DNA of 32,000 nucleotides from Pseudodesulfovibrio mercurii (GTDB lineage: Bacteria; Desulfobacterota; Desulfovibrionia; Desulfovibrionales; Desulfovibrionaceae). The stretch lies in contig NC_016803.1 in assembly GCF_000189295.2 (NCBI RefSeq), forward strand, positions 1,500,001-1,532,000. The letters are read 5' to 3'. The notes beneath the pieces are model-generated. The model saw only the letters and a list, made by a program, of their open reading frames with translations. It was not told the origin of the DNA and made no database searches. The position numbers and the translations under genes were made by a program. Shown piece by piece: positions 17,616-25,720 of the stretch (positions are counted from its first letter, which is position 1; each line of letters begins with the position of its first letter).

Positions 17616-20522
17616 CTAGCGGCGGATGTGGGCGGAACCGCCGGTGTTGACCGAGCCGCTGACCTTTTCGCTCGGGGCCTTGGAGCCCACGCGCCAGTGG
17701 TCCATGAAGCCCAGGCGCGGGAGCATGGACAGCCTCAGGAAGCCCTCGATGGTCCCGTTGACCCCGACCAGCACGTCCACGTTGTTGCGCGGGCGGAAGG
17801 CCAGGTTGTCGGTCTTCTCGACCTCGTCCCCGGACCCGGTCTCGATGTGCCAGGCCATGACCATCTCGCCGTCGAAGCTGTCCAGGACCAGACGGAACAG
17901 AGGCTCGCCCTTCTCATTCTTCGGCCCCTCGTACACGGGGTGCTCACGGTCCAGGACAATGGCCTCGGGGTTGTCGAGCAGGACCTCGTTGAGCTGGTAG
18001 CAGTGGCCGCACACGTCCGGGCGGACCATGAAGCGCGGGTCGAACTCGAACGGCGTGTCGCGCTCCAGCTCCTGGATGCCGGTATACAGCCAGAGGTTGG
18101 CCCTGCCGTCCTTGAACGGGGTCTCCAGGTCCATCTCGGCCAGGACCGAGCCGACCTTGAACTGCATCATCCGGGCGGTGTCCTGGTGCTGGGGCAGGAG
18201 CTTGCGGGTCTCGGCGTTGAGCGGGCCCACGGTCTTTTCGGCGACCACCTTGCCCGCCTTGTCCAGCAGGGACAGACCGATGGTCCCGGCCTGTTCGTCC
18301 AGGCCGTCGCAGCGCAGCACGTATCCGCCGAGCTTGGCCGTGTCGCCCGCGCCCAGGGCCTTTTCGCCGGGCTTCCTGTAGGTGTAGCTGATGCTCTGCA
18401 GGGAAGGGGTGCCGAACTCCCTGATCTTGACGTAGTTGGAGCCGATGTACTCGGGCTGGATGTAGGTCGCGCCCTCGGAGAAGAGGTCGGGCATGAAGTA
18501 GCGGTCATGGGCCGACTTGTCCTCGCTGAACCCCTGGGCCAGGTAGAAGTGCGCGCCCCAGCGGTTGCCGGAGTACTTCATCAGCGAGAGCGAGGCCACG
18601 GGCCGGTCGTCCAGGTAGGACATGCCGGTGTAGCGCAGCGCCTTGTTGCGCACGCCGAGCAGCTCGTCCTGCCAGTACATCAGGTTGCCGTCGCCCATGG
18701 GCTGGTTCTTCCAGAAGTCCAGGTCAAAGTCCTTGCGCACGTAGGTCCCGGAGGAGAACGTGGTCAGGTAGGCCCGCCTGCCGAGCAGGAAGAAGCTTTC
18801 GCCCGCCAGGGTGCGGATGTTGCGCGCGTTGCGCGAGGTGTAGCACAGCCCGGCCGGGGGAATGACCACGCGGTTGTTGCGGTAGTCCACGTAGGACCCG
18901 CGGACCACGATGGCCTCGGCGGACAGGAGCCGCTCGCCCTTGCGGTTGCGCGAGACCTTGCGCATGAGCCCCTTGAGCCGGGGCACGAAGGGCGCGGTGT
19001 GGTCGGGCTCGTAGAACGAGGCGTCGGGGATGACCTTGGGATAGGAGGTGAACCTGGACTCCTCGACCACGGTGCCGTAGGACGAATCCGCCAGCCGGGT
19101 CAGGAAGGAGCGTTCGATGATCGGTTCGAGCACGGGCGAGGAGCCGAGGAAGAAGTCGAGGTTGTTCTTCCCTTCCCCGGGCCACATGACCATGTTGTCC
19201 GTGCGCATGAAGTAGTAGTCGCGGACGTAGAGGTCGCGGACCACGCCCCCGTCCAGGCCGCCCGCGACCACCTTGAAGGCCGGGCGGTTCCAGACGTCCG
19301 AGTACTTGACCGGGCCGTCGAAGGCGTCGTGGTCCTTGTCGAAGACCACGGGCTGGTTGTTTTCGAGCAGCAGACGGTGGAGCATGCCGGTCTTGAGGTT
19401 GGGCTCCAGGACCACGTTGTAGCGCTTGTCCAGGGGCCAGGGCTGACCGTTCTTGACCGTGACCAGGTCGCGGTAGACGACGAAGGAGAAGTTGCCCGAG
19501 GAGTAGCCGTGGGCCTTGCCCGTGGACCAGGGCACGAAGTCCGAGTCCTTGAGGAAGGCCGGGTCGATGACGATCTCCACGCGCATGTCCAGCTCCGGCA
19601 CGGTCAGCTGGTACTTGTCCAGTTCGGCCGGGCGGGTCTTGTACTCCTGGGCCGTGGTCGGCTTGACCAGCTTCTCGGCCAGGACCTCGCTGCCGGTGAA
19701 GTTGGTGATCCGGACCAGGAAGCCGTCGGGCCGCCGGAAGGCGTAGATGCGCTTGTTGAAATAGTAGCGATAGTCCTCCTGGCGCACCTCGAGGATGACC
19801 GGGCGCTGCATGGAGAAGGTCGCCTCGGTGATCTCCGGGAACTCGATGGACGCGAACTCGGCGGTGTCGAAGTCCACGTCGCGGGCCACGTACTTGCTGG
19901 CCCCGAAGTAGTAGGTGTTGTCCAGGTAGAACTTTTCGAGCTGCGGGTTGAGCCCTTCCTGCAGATGGATGTCCCGGACCTCCTCGCGCCTGGGGAAGCG
20001 CGTGGCGATGGGAAATTCCAGGGGGAAGCCGCCGGACGGCGAGATGACCGCGAACTCGGCGTAGGGCACGTCGTAGTGGTCCGTGGAATAGTCGAACCAC
20101 AGCCGGTAGCCGGAGTCGCCCAGGGGCGTGCGGTCGCCCTTGTTCAGGGCCACGTCGCGGTAGGTCCGCGTGGCGGTCTTGAGGTCCACCAGGTAGGTGT
20201 GCTCGCCCAGGACCAGGAACGGGTCGCGCAGGAGCGGCCGGGCGTCGTGGGAGGTCTCGGACAGGTAGAACAGCCCGCCGGCCGGGACCGTGGCCGCGCC
20301 GTCGGCGATCTCGCTGCCGCGCAGGACGATGGCCTCGGTCAGGCTCTTTTTCTGTCCGAGCTGGTTCTTGTAGACCTTGTTGCGCAACCCCGCCAGGTGC
20401 GGCAGGAAGGTCATGTCCGCCGACGGCGACAGGCCGTGCGGATCGGTTGCGGCCGCCCCCGCGCCCGGCAGGGCGAGGAGCAGGACCAGGGCAAGGGCCA
20501 GTAGTCTGAATGTGTGTTGCAT
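17616..20522 (-). CDS. 968-aa exported protein made of two homologous modules of about 470 aa each; no family recognised
   Basis: Signal peptide MQHTFRLLALALVLLLALPGAGAAA. Residues 39-112 align with 512-586 (F.P.L.GL..KV..N..G....AIV.RGS....PAGL.Y.S....F.LG...YL). The module ends also align (MVMW..NLDFFLG against MVMAW..NVDVLVG). A single CGHC motif lies at 18000-18011. Confidence 0.85.
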   Translation of the reverse strand: MQHTFRLLALALVLLLALPGAGAAATDPHGLSPSADMTFLPHLAGLRNKVYKNQLGQKKSLTEAIVLRGSEIADGAATVPAGGLFYLSETSHDARPLLRDPFLVLGEHTYLVDLKTATRTYRDVALNKGDRTPLGDSGYRLWFDYSTDHYDVPYAEFAVISPSGGFPLEFPIATRFPRREEVRDIHLQEGLNPQLEKFYLDNTYYFGASKYVARDVDFDTAEFASIEFPEITEATFSMQRPVILEVRQEDYRYYFNKRIYAFRRPDGFLVRITNFTGSEVLAEKLVKPTTAQEYKTRPAELDKYQLTVPELDMRVEIVIDPAFLKDSDFVPWSTGKAHGYSSGNFSFVVYRDLVTVKNGQPWPLDKRYNVVLEPNLKTGMLHRLLLENNQPVVFDKDHDAFDGPVKYSDVWNRPAFKVVAGGLDGGVVRDLYVRDYYFMRTDNMVMWPGEGKNNLDFFLGSSPVLEPIIERSFLTRLADSSYGTVVEESRFTSYPKVIPDASFYEPDHTAPFVPRLKGLMRKVSRNRKGERLLSAEAIVVRGSYVDYRNNRVVIPPAGLCYTSRNARNIRTLAGESFFLLGRRAYLTTFSSGTYVRKDFDLDFWKNQPMGDGNLMYWQDELLGVRNKALRYTGMSYLDDRPVASLSLMKYSGNRWGAHFYLAQGFSEDKSAHDRYFMPDLFSEGATYIQPEYIGSNYVKIREFGTPSLQSISYTYRKPGEKALGAGDTAKLGGYVLRCDGLDEQAGTIGLSLLDKAGKVVAEKTVGPLNAETRKLLPQHQDTARMMQFKVGSVLAEMDLETPFKDGRANLWLYTGIQELERDTPFEFDPRFMVRPDVCGHCYQLNEVLLDNPEAIVLDREHPVYEGPKNEKGEPLFRLVLDSFDGEMVMAWHIETGSGDEVEKTDNLAFRPRNNVDVLVGVNGTIEGFLRLSMLPRLGFMDHWRVGSKAPSEKVSGSVNTGGSAHIRR

Positions 20523-20581
20523 ATCCCTGTTTCCTGAAAAGCTGATTACAACGTCCTATGGACAACCTGCCTCTCCGGGAA

Positions 20582-20596
20582 ACAAGAAGCGTACCA
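20582..20596 (-). promoter_or_regulatory. Weak sigma-54-like element upstream of the 968-aa gene
   Basis: The minus strand reads TGGTAC-GCTTC-TTGT. Spacing is correct but -12 is GT instead of GC. It lies 60-75 nt upstream of the ATG at 20522 and 76-93 bp downstream of the 18-bp palindrome. Confidence 0.2.
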
Positions 20597-20671
20597 AGCC
20601 CCCTTTTTGCTATTTTATCGTTTTATTGCAATATATTATAAAATTCAGCCCCGACGGATTCCGGCGAAATT

Positions 20672-20689
20672 TGTGCGGCATGCCGCACA
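20672..20689. promoter_or_regulatory. Perfect 18-bp palindrome TGTGCGGCA|TGCCGCACA, a putative regulator binding site
   Basis: The sequence is exactly self-complementary. It has the same TGTGC-N8-GCACA architecture as 10956-10973. It lies in an AT-rich divergent control region. Confidence 0.4.
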
Positions 20690-20890
20690 GTAAAATCACG
20701 AGTGTGCGTGCGCGCGAACACTCGGAAAGCGCCCTCCTCCACCGGACAGGACCGGCGCCGATGCGAACCCCCCTGTCGCACACCACGGACTGACAATTCT
20801 GTAGTTAATTAATTTCAAATTTGTACGTAAATGCACAAAATGTCGTCGGCGCAGTTTTGACAACATATTGAAATTATGGGAGTTAGCCGT

Positions 20891-20906
20891 TGGCATATTG
20901 TATGCT
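20891..20906 (+). promoter_or_regulatory. Candidate sigma-54 promoter upstream of the TrmO-like gene
   Basis: TGGCAT-ATTGT-ATGCT has correct GG-N10-GC spacing, 36 nt upstream of the ATG at 20942. A TGT-N10-ACA site (20822-20837) lies about 60 bp further upstream. Confidence 0.45.
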
Positions 20907-20941
20907 TTACGGGACACAACACACCAAACAAGGTATAATCC

Positions 20942-21448
20942 ATGCAAATTCACTACAGACCCATCGGCTACTTCCACACCCCGCACAAGAACACCACGGG
21001 CATGCCCATCCAGCCCTCCGGGGCCCAGGGCGTCAAGGGGACCATCCAGGTGCTGCCCGAGTTCCGCGAGGGATTGCGGGACATCGAGGGGTTCTCGCAC
21101 CTGATCATCCTCTACCACCTGCACGAGATCGAGGGGCAGGACCTGACCGTGATCCCCTTCCTGGACAACAGCCCGCACGGCATCTTCGCCACACGCTCGC
21201 CCAAGCGGCCCAACCCGCTGGGGCTGTCGGTCATGTCCCTGTGCGGGGTCTCGGAGGAGGGCATCATCCTGAACAACGTGGACGTGCTCGACGGCACCCC
21301 GGTCATCGACATCAAGCCCTATGTCCCGGACTTCGACGTCTGGCCCGCCGACCGCGTAGGCTGGTTCGAGGGCAAGTCGTGCAACGCGACCACCCGGCGC
21401 AGCGACGACCGCTTTGCGGCCTGCGCCCTGGAGGAGACCGGAAGCTAG
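20942..21448 (+). CDS. trmO: TrmO/YaeB (TsaA-like) family SAM-dependent methyltransferase
   Basis: The motifs IGYFHTP, GFSHLIILYHLH, FATRSPKRPNPLGLSV and LDGTPVIDIKPYVP are hallmarks of the YaeB/UPF0066 family. Confidence 0.75.
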   Translation: MQIHYRPIGYFHTPHKNTTGMPIQPSGAQGVKGTIQVLPEFREGLRDIEGFSHLIILYHLHEIEGQDLTVIPFLDNSPHGIFATRSPKRPNPLGLSVMSLCGVSEEGIILNNVDVLDGTPVIDIKPYVPDFDVWPADRVGWFEGKSCNATTRRSDDRFAACALEETGS

Positions 21449-21537
21449 GAATTTTTATCGCGAAAACGGCATCCCGAAGCGCCCGTGGCCCTGAGCCGCG
21501 CCCGTCCGACCGATGCACAACCCGGATGAGGTGAGAC

Positions 21538-22353
21538 ATGGCACTCTTCGTACTCCTGCACGACGCGTTTCAAGGCGGCTGGGTCTGGCGCCAGACGGCC
21601 CGCGAGCTGCGCGACCTCGGCCACGAGGTCCACACCCCGAGCTTCGCCGGGCGCACCCTGCCCTTCGGACCGGACAACGCGGACAGCCCGTCGAAGGCGG
21701 CCCTGGATAACCTGGTCCGCTATTTCGAGGCAGAGAACCTGCGCGACGTGGCCCTGGTCTGCTCGGGCTGGTCAGGCCTGCTCGGCCCGGCCCTGGCCGA
21801 GGCCCTGCCCACGGCCGTGCGTACCCTGATCTTCTGGGACGCCGTGCTGCCCGAACCGGGCAGGAGTTTCATGGAGGTCTGTCCCGAGGACCTGGCCGCG
21901 GCCATCGACGGCAACAGCGAATCCACCGAGGTCGCCCCGTTCGTGTCCGGGCCGCTGAACTGGCTGGAGTGCGGCGAGGACACAGCCTCGCTCCTGGCCC
22001 CCTTCCCCCGGCGGGCCTTCACCGAGCCCTACGCGGGTCCGGCGCGCGGCCGCTGGCCCAGGGCTCTGTTCATCCACTCCCCGGAGACGGACGCCCCCGG
22101 CTCGCCCTTCACCCGCGACATGGTCGAAGCCTCGGGCATGCCCTGGCTCGAACTGGACATGTACGAATATCCGCTCCTCGGCCGGGCCCAGGAGCTGGCC
22201 CGCCTGCTGGTGAGCCAGGCCGCGCCCGGCGCATCGCGCAACTTCAACGGCTGTTCGCGCAACACCATGCCGCACGAAATGCGCATGCAATATTGTTCGC
22301 ATTACCGCAGGCGCCACGAGTTGGCCGTGGCCGGCGAAAGAATCGACGCCTGA
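21538..22353 (+). CDS. Alpha/beta-hydrolase-fold protein (SABP2/methylesterase-like) with an atypical nucleophile elbow
   Basis: FVLLHDAFQGGWVW......L...GHEV......G is a typical N-terminus for this family. The elbow region reads ALVCSGWSGLLG instead of GHSxGG. RBS GAGGTGAGA. Confidence 0.6.
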   Translation: MALFVLLHDAFQGGWVWRQTARELRDLGHEVHTPSFAGRTLPFGPDNADSPSKAALDNLVRYFEAENLRDVALVCSGWSGLLGPALAEALPTAVRTLIFWDAVLPEPGRSFMEVCPEDLAAAIDGNSESTEVAPFVSGPLNWLECGEDTASLLAPFPRRAFTEPYAGPARGRWPRALFIHSPETDAPGSPFTRDMVEASGMPWLELDMYEYPLLGRAQELARLLVSQAAPGASRNFNGCSRNTMPHEMRMQYCSHYRRRHELAVAGERIDA

Positions 22354-22419
22354 CGGCGGGCTACCTCCTCCCGTCCGTCAATCTGACGGCCCTCGCCACC
22401 CGGGCCGCCACCCTCGTCA

Positions 22420-22460
22420 CCGTCCGCGCCGGGAACCGCACCATCCACCGGCGCGGACGG
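22420..22460. terminator. 13-bp inverted repeat between convergent genes
   Basis: CCGTCCGCGCCGG-N15-CCGGCGCGGACGG lies between the hydrolase stop (22353) and the DUF169 stop (22478). Confidence 0.4.
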
Positions 22461-22477
22461 GTCGCAGGGAATCCCGC

Positions 22478-23254
22478 CTACTGCTCCTTCTTGAAGACGA
22501 TCAGCGGGCAGTTCTTGCACACGTCCGCGCCGGGGAAGCCGTCGCCGGGCCGGGTGATGGAGCTGCTGCCCGCCTTGATGCGCGTCATGAGCCGGTCGAA
22601 GACCGCACCGAACTGGACGCCGGGGATGATCACGTTGATCTCGCCGCGCTCGGTCTTACCCGCGTTGTAGCTGCCCGAGCAGGCCGGGAGCATGTTGAAC
22701 TCGCGGGCCAGGTAGGAGTGCACGTTGCCGCCGCAGGCCGAGGAGTTCATGGTGATGGTCGAGTGCAGGGGGTGGGTGTCCGTGGCCGCCATGTAGTCCA
22801 CGGCCAGGTGGTAGGCCTGCATGTTGTCGCAGTAGAAGTGCACGGTGTCGGGCTCGTACAGGCCGTCCACCGCGCCCAGCGGGGCCACGGCGATGCCGAG
22901 CAGCCCCTGGGGCAGCCGGGCCTTGGAGCGCACGAACCGCTCGGCCTGGTCCAGGTCCCTGGTGTACTTGGCGTGGCCCTTGATCTCGCCCTCGTCCAGC
23001 TCCTTCCAGCCGAAGCCGTAGCGCGCGTTGCCGCAGCCCAGCCCGGCCTCGCCCGAATAGACGATCTGGCCCTTCATGCGCGCCCCGATCTCCCACTGAC
23101 AGAAGGTCATGGCCTTGACCGGGGTGTAGATCTCCGGCGCGGCCGCGTGGAAGGCGTCCAGCTCGGCCTGGTCGAAGAAGAATTTGACCGCCACGGGGTA
23201 GTGATAGAGCCGTAGCTCGCGCATGAGGATTTCCTGCATTTCCCTGTACGACAT
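22478..23254 (-). CDS. DUF169 (COG2043) domain protein
   Basis: YHYPVAVKFFFD.....MTFCQWEIGARMKG...... and overall size fit DUF169. The start was reset to the ATG at 23254, preceded by AAGGAG. Confidence 0.75.
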   Translation of the reverse strand: MSYREMQEILMRELRLYHYPVAVKFFFDQAELDAFHAAAPEIYTPVKAMTFCQWEIGARMKGQIVYSGEAGLGCGNARYGFGWKELDEGEIKGHAKYTRDLDQAERFVRSKARLPQGLLGIAVAPLGAVDGLYEPDTVHFYCDNMQAYHLAVDYMAATDTHPLHSTITMNSSACGGNVHSYLAREFNMLPACSGSYNAGKTERGEINVIIPGVQFGAVFDRLMTRIKAGSSSITRPGDGFPGADVCKNCPLIVFKKEQ

Positions 23255-23532
23255 GATGGTACTCCTTTCGGATTGATGGTTGTGCACGATGCCGGAACGA
23301 ACGGAATCCGGACCGGCGTCCTCCCGCTATGCCCCGGCAGGACCGGGGGTCAAGGGGAGGGCCCGTCGTGAAATTCCGCGCGCTGCATTATGCTGAATCA
23401 AGCACGATGTCGGCTTCGAAGGGACAAGTGTTGCGCCGTTTTTTCACAAGCGGCAAGGAGGTCACGGAAACGGGGCGGTTGCGGTCCTTCCCGGCCGGGC
23501 CGGATCGCGGGGGATGCGGAGAGGGGTTGGCG

Positions 23533-23567
23533 ATGGAGCCGCCCGGCAGGGTCGCGGGCGGCTCCAT
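23533..23567 (-). terminator. 13-bp perfect hairpin after the last USP gene
   Basis: ATGGAGCCGCCCG-N9-CGGGCGGCTCCAT lies 20 nt downstream of the stop at 23587. There is no U-tract. Confidence 0.45.
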
Positions 23568-23586
23568 CTCCGGTTCGGTTCGCGGG

Positions 23587-24453
23587 TCAGCGCAGGATAA
23601 GCATGGATGAGGAGGCGTGATTAACCAACGCATTGACCCTTTTGGAGTGAAAGATTCGTTCCAGGGGCGACTTGTGCTTGAGCCACAGGGCCATGAGGTC
23701 GTCCTTGCGCCCGGACTCGATGAAGGTCTCGAGCGAGTCCTCGTCCACCACCCGGATCAGGGCGTGGACGTCCCGCTTCAGGTAGTAGTCCAGGACCTCG
23801 CCCATACTGACCTCCACGGGCTCGCGCAGCTCGCCCTTCCTGAGCACGCCGACCACCTCCAGCCCGGCGGCGTAGATGGTCACCCACTGGTTGATGAGTT
23901 CCAGGGACTCCTGAGAGATGTCCGCGTGGTCCAGGCAGCAGACCACCCGCGAGGTGGCCGGCTCCTCGCGGATGACGAAAACCGAACAGTCGGCCGCGTC
24001 GGCCACCCGGCCGGGCACGTCCGACCCCCGGCCCCAGCCGCCCTCGTGGTGGCCGCAGCCGAGGATGATCAGGTCGCACCCCTCGGCCCGGGCCTCGGTG
24101 GTGATGGCCTTGACCGGGTCCCCGCCGCGCAGGTGGAGCTTGAAGGCCTTGCGCCCGGAGAGGTCCTGTTCCAGGACCTTGTCCCCCCGGCGCATCCACG
24201 GGGCGTCCGCGCGCCGGTCGTACAGGTCCGCGCCGGGGCCCAGGGCCTCGAGGAAGTCCTCCCGGTAGCGGCCCAGCAGCCGCAGGCGGGGATGGGCGTG
24301 GCTCGGGTCCAGCTCCTCCTCGGCGATGTAGGAACGGCTCTTTTCGATGGCCAGCATGACCACGTCGGCCCAGGTGTTGGCCGCCAGGCGGGCGGCCTGG
24401 CGCACGGCGTACCGGCTGTAGGCGTTTTCATCCACGGCGACGAGAATCTTCAT
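23587..24453 (-). CDS. Tandem-domain universal stress protein (UspA family)
   Basis: MKILVAVDENAYSRYAVRQAARLA..., GCDLIILGCGHHEGG and a second USP-like half (RVVCCLDHADISQESL...). Confidence 0.8.
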   Translation of the reverse strand: MKILVAVDENAYSRYAVRQAARLAANTWADVVMLAIEKSRSYIAEEELDPSHAHPRLRLLGRYREDFLEALGPGADLYDRRADAPWMRRGDKVLEQDLSGRKAFKLHLRGGDPVKAITTEARAEGCDLIILGCGHHEGGWGRGSDVPGRVADAADCSVFVIREEPATSRVVCCLDHADISQESLELINQWVTIYAAGLEVVGVLRKGELREPVEVSMGEVLDYYLKRDVHALIRVVDEDSLETFIESGRKDDLMALWLKHKSPLERIFHSKRVNALVNHASSSMLILR

Positions 24454-24474
24454 GTCAACTCTCCCTTGGTACGG

Positions 24475-25272
24475 TTACCAGCAAATGAGGATGGGGCTGG
24501 AGACCAGGCCCAGGACCTCGGTCAGGGGCGACTTGCGGTTGGACCTGCGGTCCATGTGGGCCACGATCATGCCGTAGTCGCCCAGGCTGCGGGCCGCGGT
24601 CTCGGGCGCGCCCAGCAGGGTGAAGGCGCGGGCCGGGGCGTGGCCGAGCTTGCCGAGGAGCTCCCGGCCCTCGGCCAGGAGCTCGTCCGGGTGCGGGTCC
24701 CGGTGCAGGTCGTCCATGGCGTAGGCGCACAGGTCGAAATCCACGGCCCGGGAGCCGAACAGGTGATGGAAGCGGCCCGCCAGGGAGTCCACGTCGGTCT
24801 TCTCGTCCAGGAGCAGGACCAGCCGGTCGGACTGGATCATGTTGCGCACCAGCAGGACCGGGCAGGGCATCTGGCGGTAGAGCTTGGAGCGCAGCCGCTT
24901 GCGGAAGGCCCCGGTGTTGAAGTTGGCCACCTCCCCTTCCACGAAGAAGTCGTAGCCGCCCAGGCGCAGCTCCTCGAGCAGGGTGTCCTCGCGGTCGCCC
25001 ACGCGGACGATGGGGTTGGGCAGGATGAAGCAGTCGAGCTTCTCGCTGTTCAGGATGCGCTGCACCTCCTCAAGCCCGGCCTGACGCAGGCCCGACTCCC
25101 AGGAGCGGCGTATCCAGCCGGTCTCCGACGAGTGCGGCTTGTGGTCCGGCTCCTCCACGTGGACGGGCTGCACGGCGATGCCGAGCAGTTCCGCCTTCCG
25201 GCACAGGTATCGCAGGGCCACATTGGACGCCAACGTCATTTCCACGGGGACAAGGGCTTTCAGCATGTCCAT
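24475..25272 (-). CDS. Divergent tandem USP-like (adenine-nucleotide alpha-hydrolase fold) protein
   Basis: MDMLKALVPVEMTLASNVALRYLCRKA..., CPVLLVRN and a second half with LVLLLDEKTD...SSPILICW. The start was reset to the ATG at 25272 (GAGGTG upstream). The upstream part of the listed ORF overlaps the REC gene out of frame. Confidence 0.6.
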   Translation of the reverse strand: MDMLKALVPVEMTLASNVALRYLCRKAELLGIAVQPVHVEEPDHKPHSSETGWIRRSWESGLRQAGLEEVQRILNSEKLDCFILPNPIVRVGDREDTLLEELRLGGYDFFVEGEVANFNTGAFRKRLRSKLYRQMPCPVLLVRNMIQSDRLVLLLDEKTDVDSLAGRFHHLFGSRAVDFDLCAYAMDDLHRDPHPDELLAEGRELLGKLGHAPARAFTLLGAPETAARSLGDYGMIVAHMDRRSNRKSPLTEVLGLVSSPILICW

Positions 25273-25313
25273 GGGCGCACCTCGCTTGTTGTCTGGTTCA
25301 TGGATTCCCTCCC

Positions 25314-25703
25314 TCACCGGCCGAGACGGATGTGTTCCTCGGCCTTCCTGATGACTTCCTGGATCTCGCCGAGCTTGAACGGCTTGGCCAGGAAGTCGAA
25401 CACGCCCTTGCGCATGGACTCCTTGGCCGTGTCCATGGTGGCGAACCCGGTGATGACGATGACCTCGGTGCGCGGCGAGAGCGTCTTGACCTCGGCCAGG
25501 AACTGCATGCCGTCCACGCCCTCCATCTTGAGGTCGGTGACGACGATGTCGAAGGTCCGCTCGCGGATGCGGGCCATGGCTTTGGCGCTTTCGTAGAAGC
25601 TCTCCACCTCGTAGCCCCTCTTTTCCAGGGCGGGCTGCAACCGCTTGCTGACGATGGGTTCGTCGTCGAGAATGAGAATACTGGTCTTCGATGTGGCGGT
25701 CAT
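25314..25703 (-). CDS. Stand-alone CheY-like receiver (REC) protein
   Basis: ILILDDEP...FDIVVTDLKMEGVDG...VIVITGFAT......GVFDFLAKPF. The ATG at 25703 lies 8 nt after GGAGG. There is no output domain. Confidence 0.88.
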   Translation of the reverse strand: MTATSKTSILILDDEPIVSKRLQPALEKRGYEVESFYESAKAMARIRERTFDIVVTDLKMEGVDGMQFLAEVKTLSPRTEVIVITGFATMDTAKESMRKGVFDFLAKPFKLGEIQEVIRKAEEHIRLGR

Positions 25704-25720
25704 GGTGCCAACCTCCAATG

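Noticed and set aside
20934-20939. Perfect TATAAT with GGGACA 17 nt upstream (20911-20916), as a sigma-70 promoter for the TrmO-like gene.
   Set aside because: The hexamer ends 2 nt before the ATG, so transcription would start inside the coding region unless the mRNA is leaderless from a downstream codon. It may be a chance match in an AT-rich tract. I retained it only as a note under the 20523-20941 finding.
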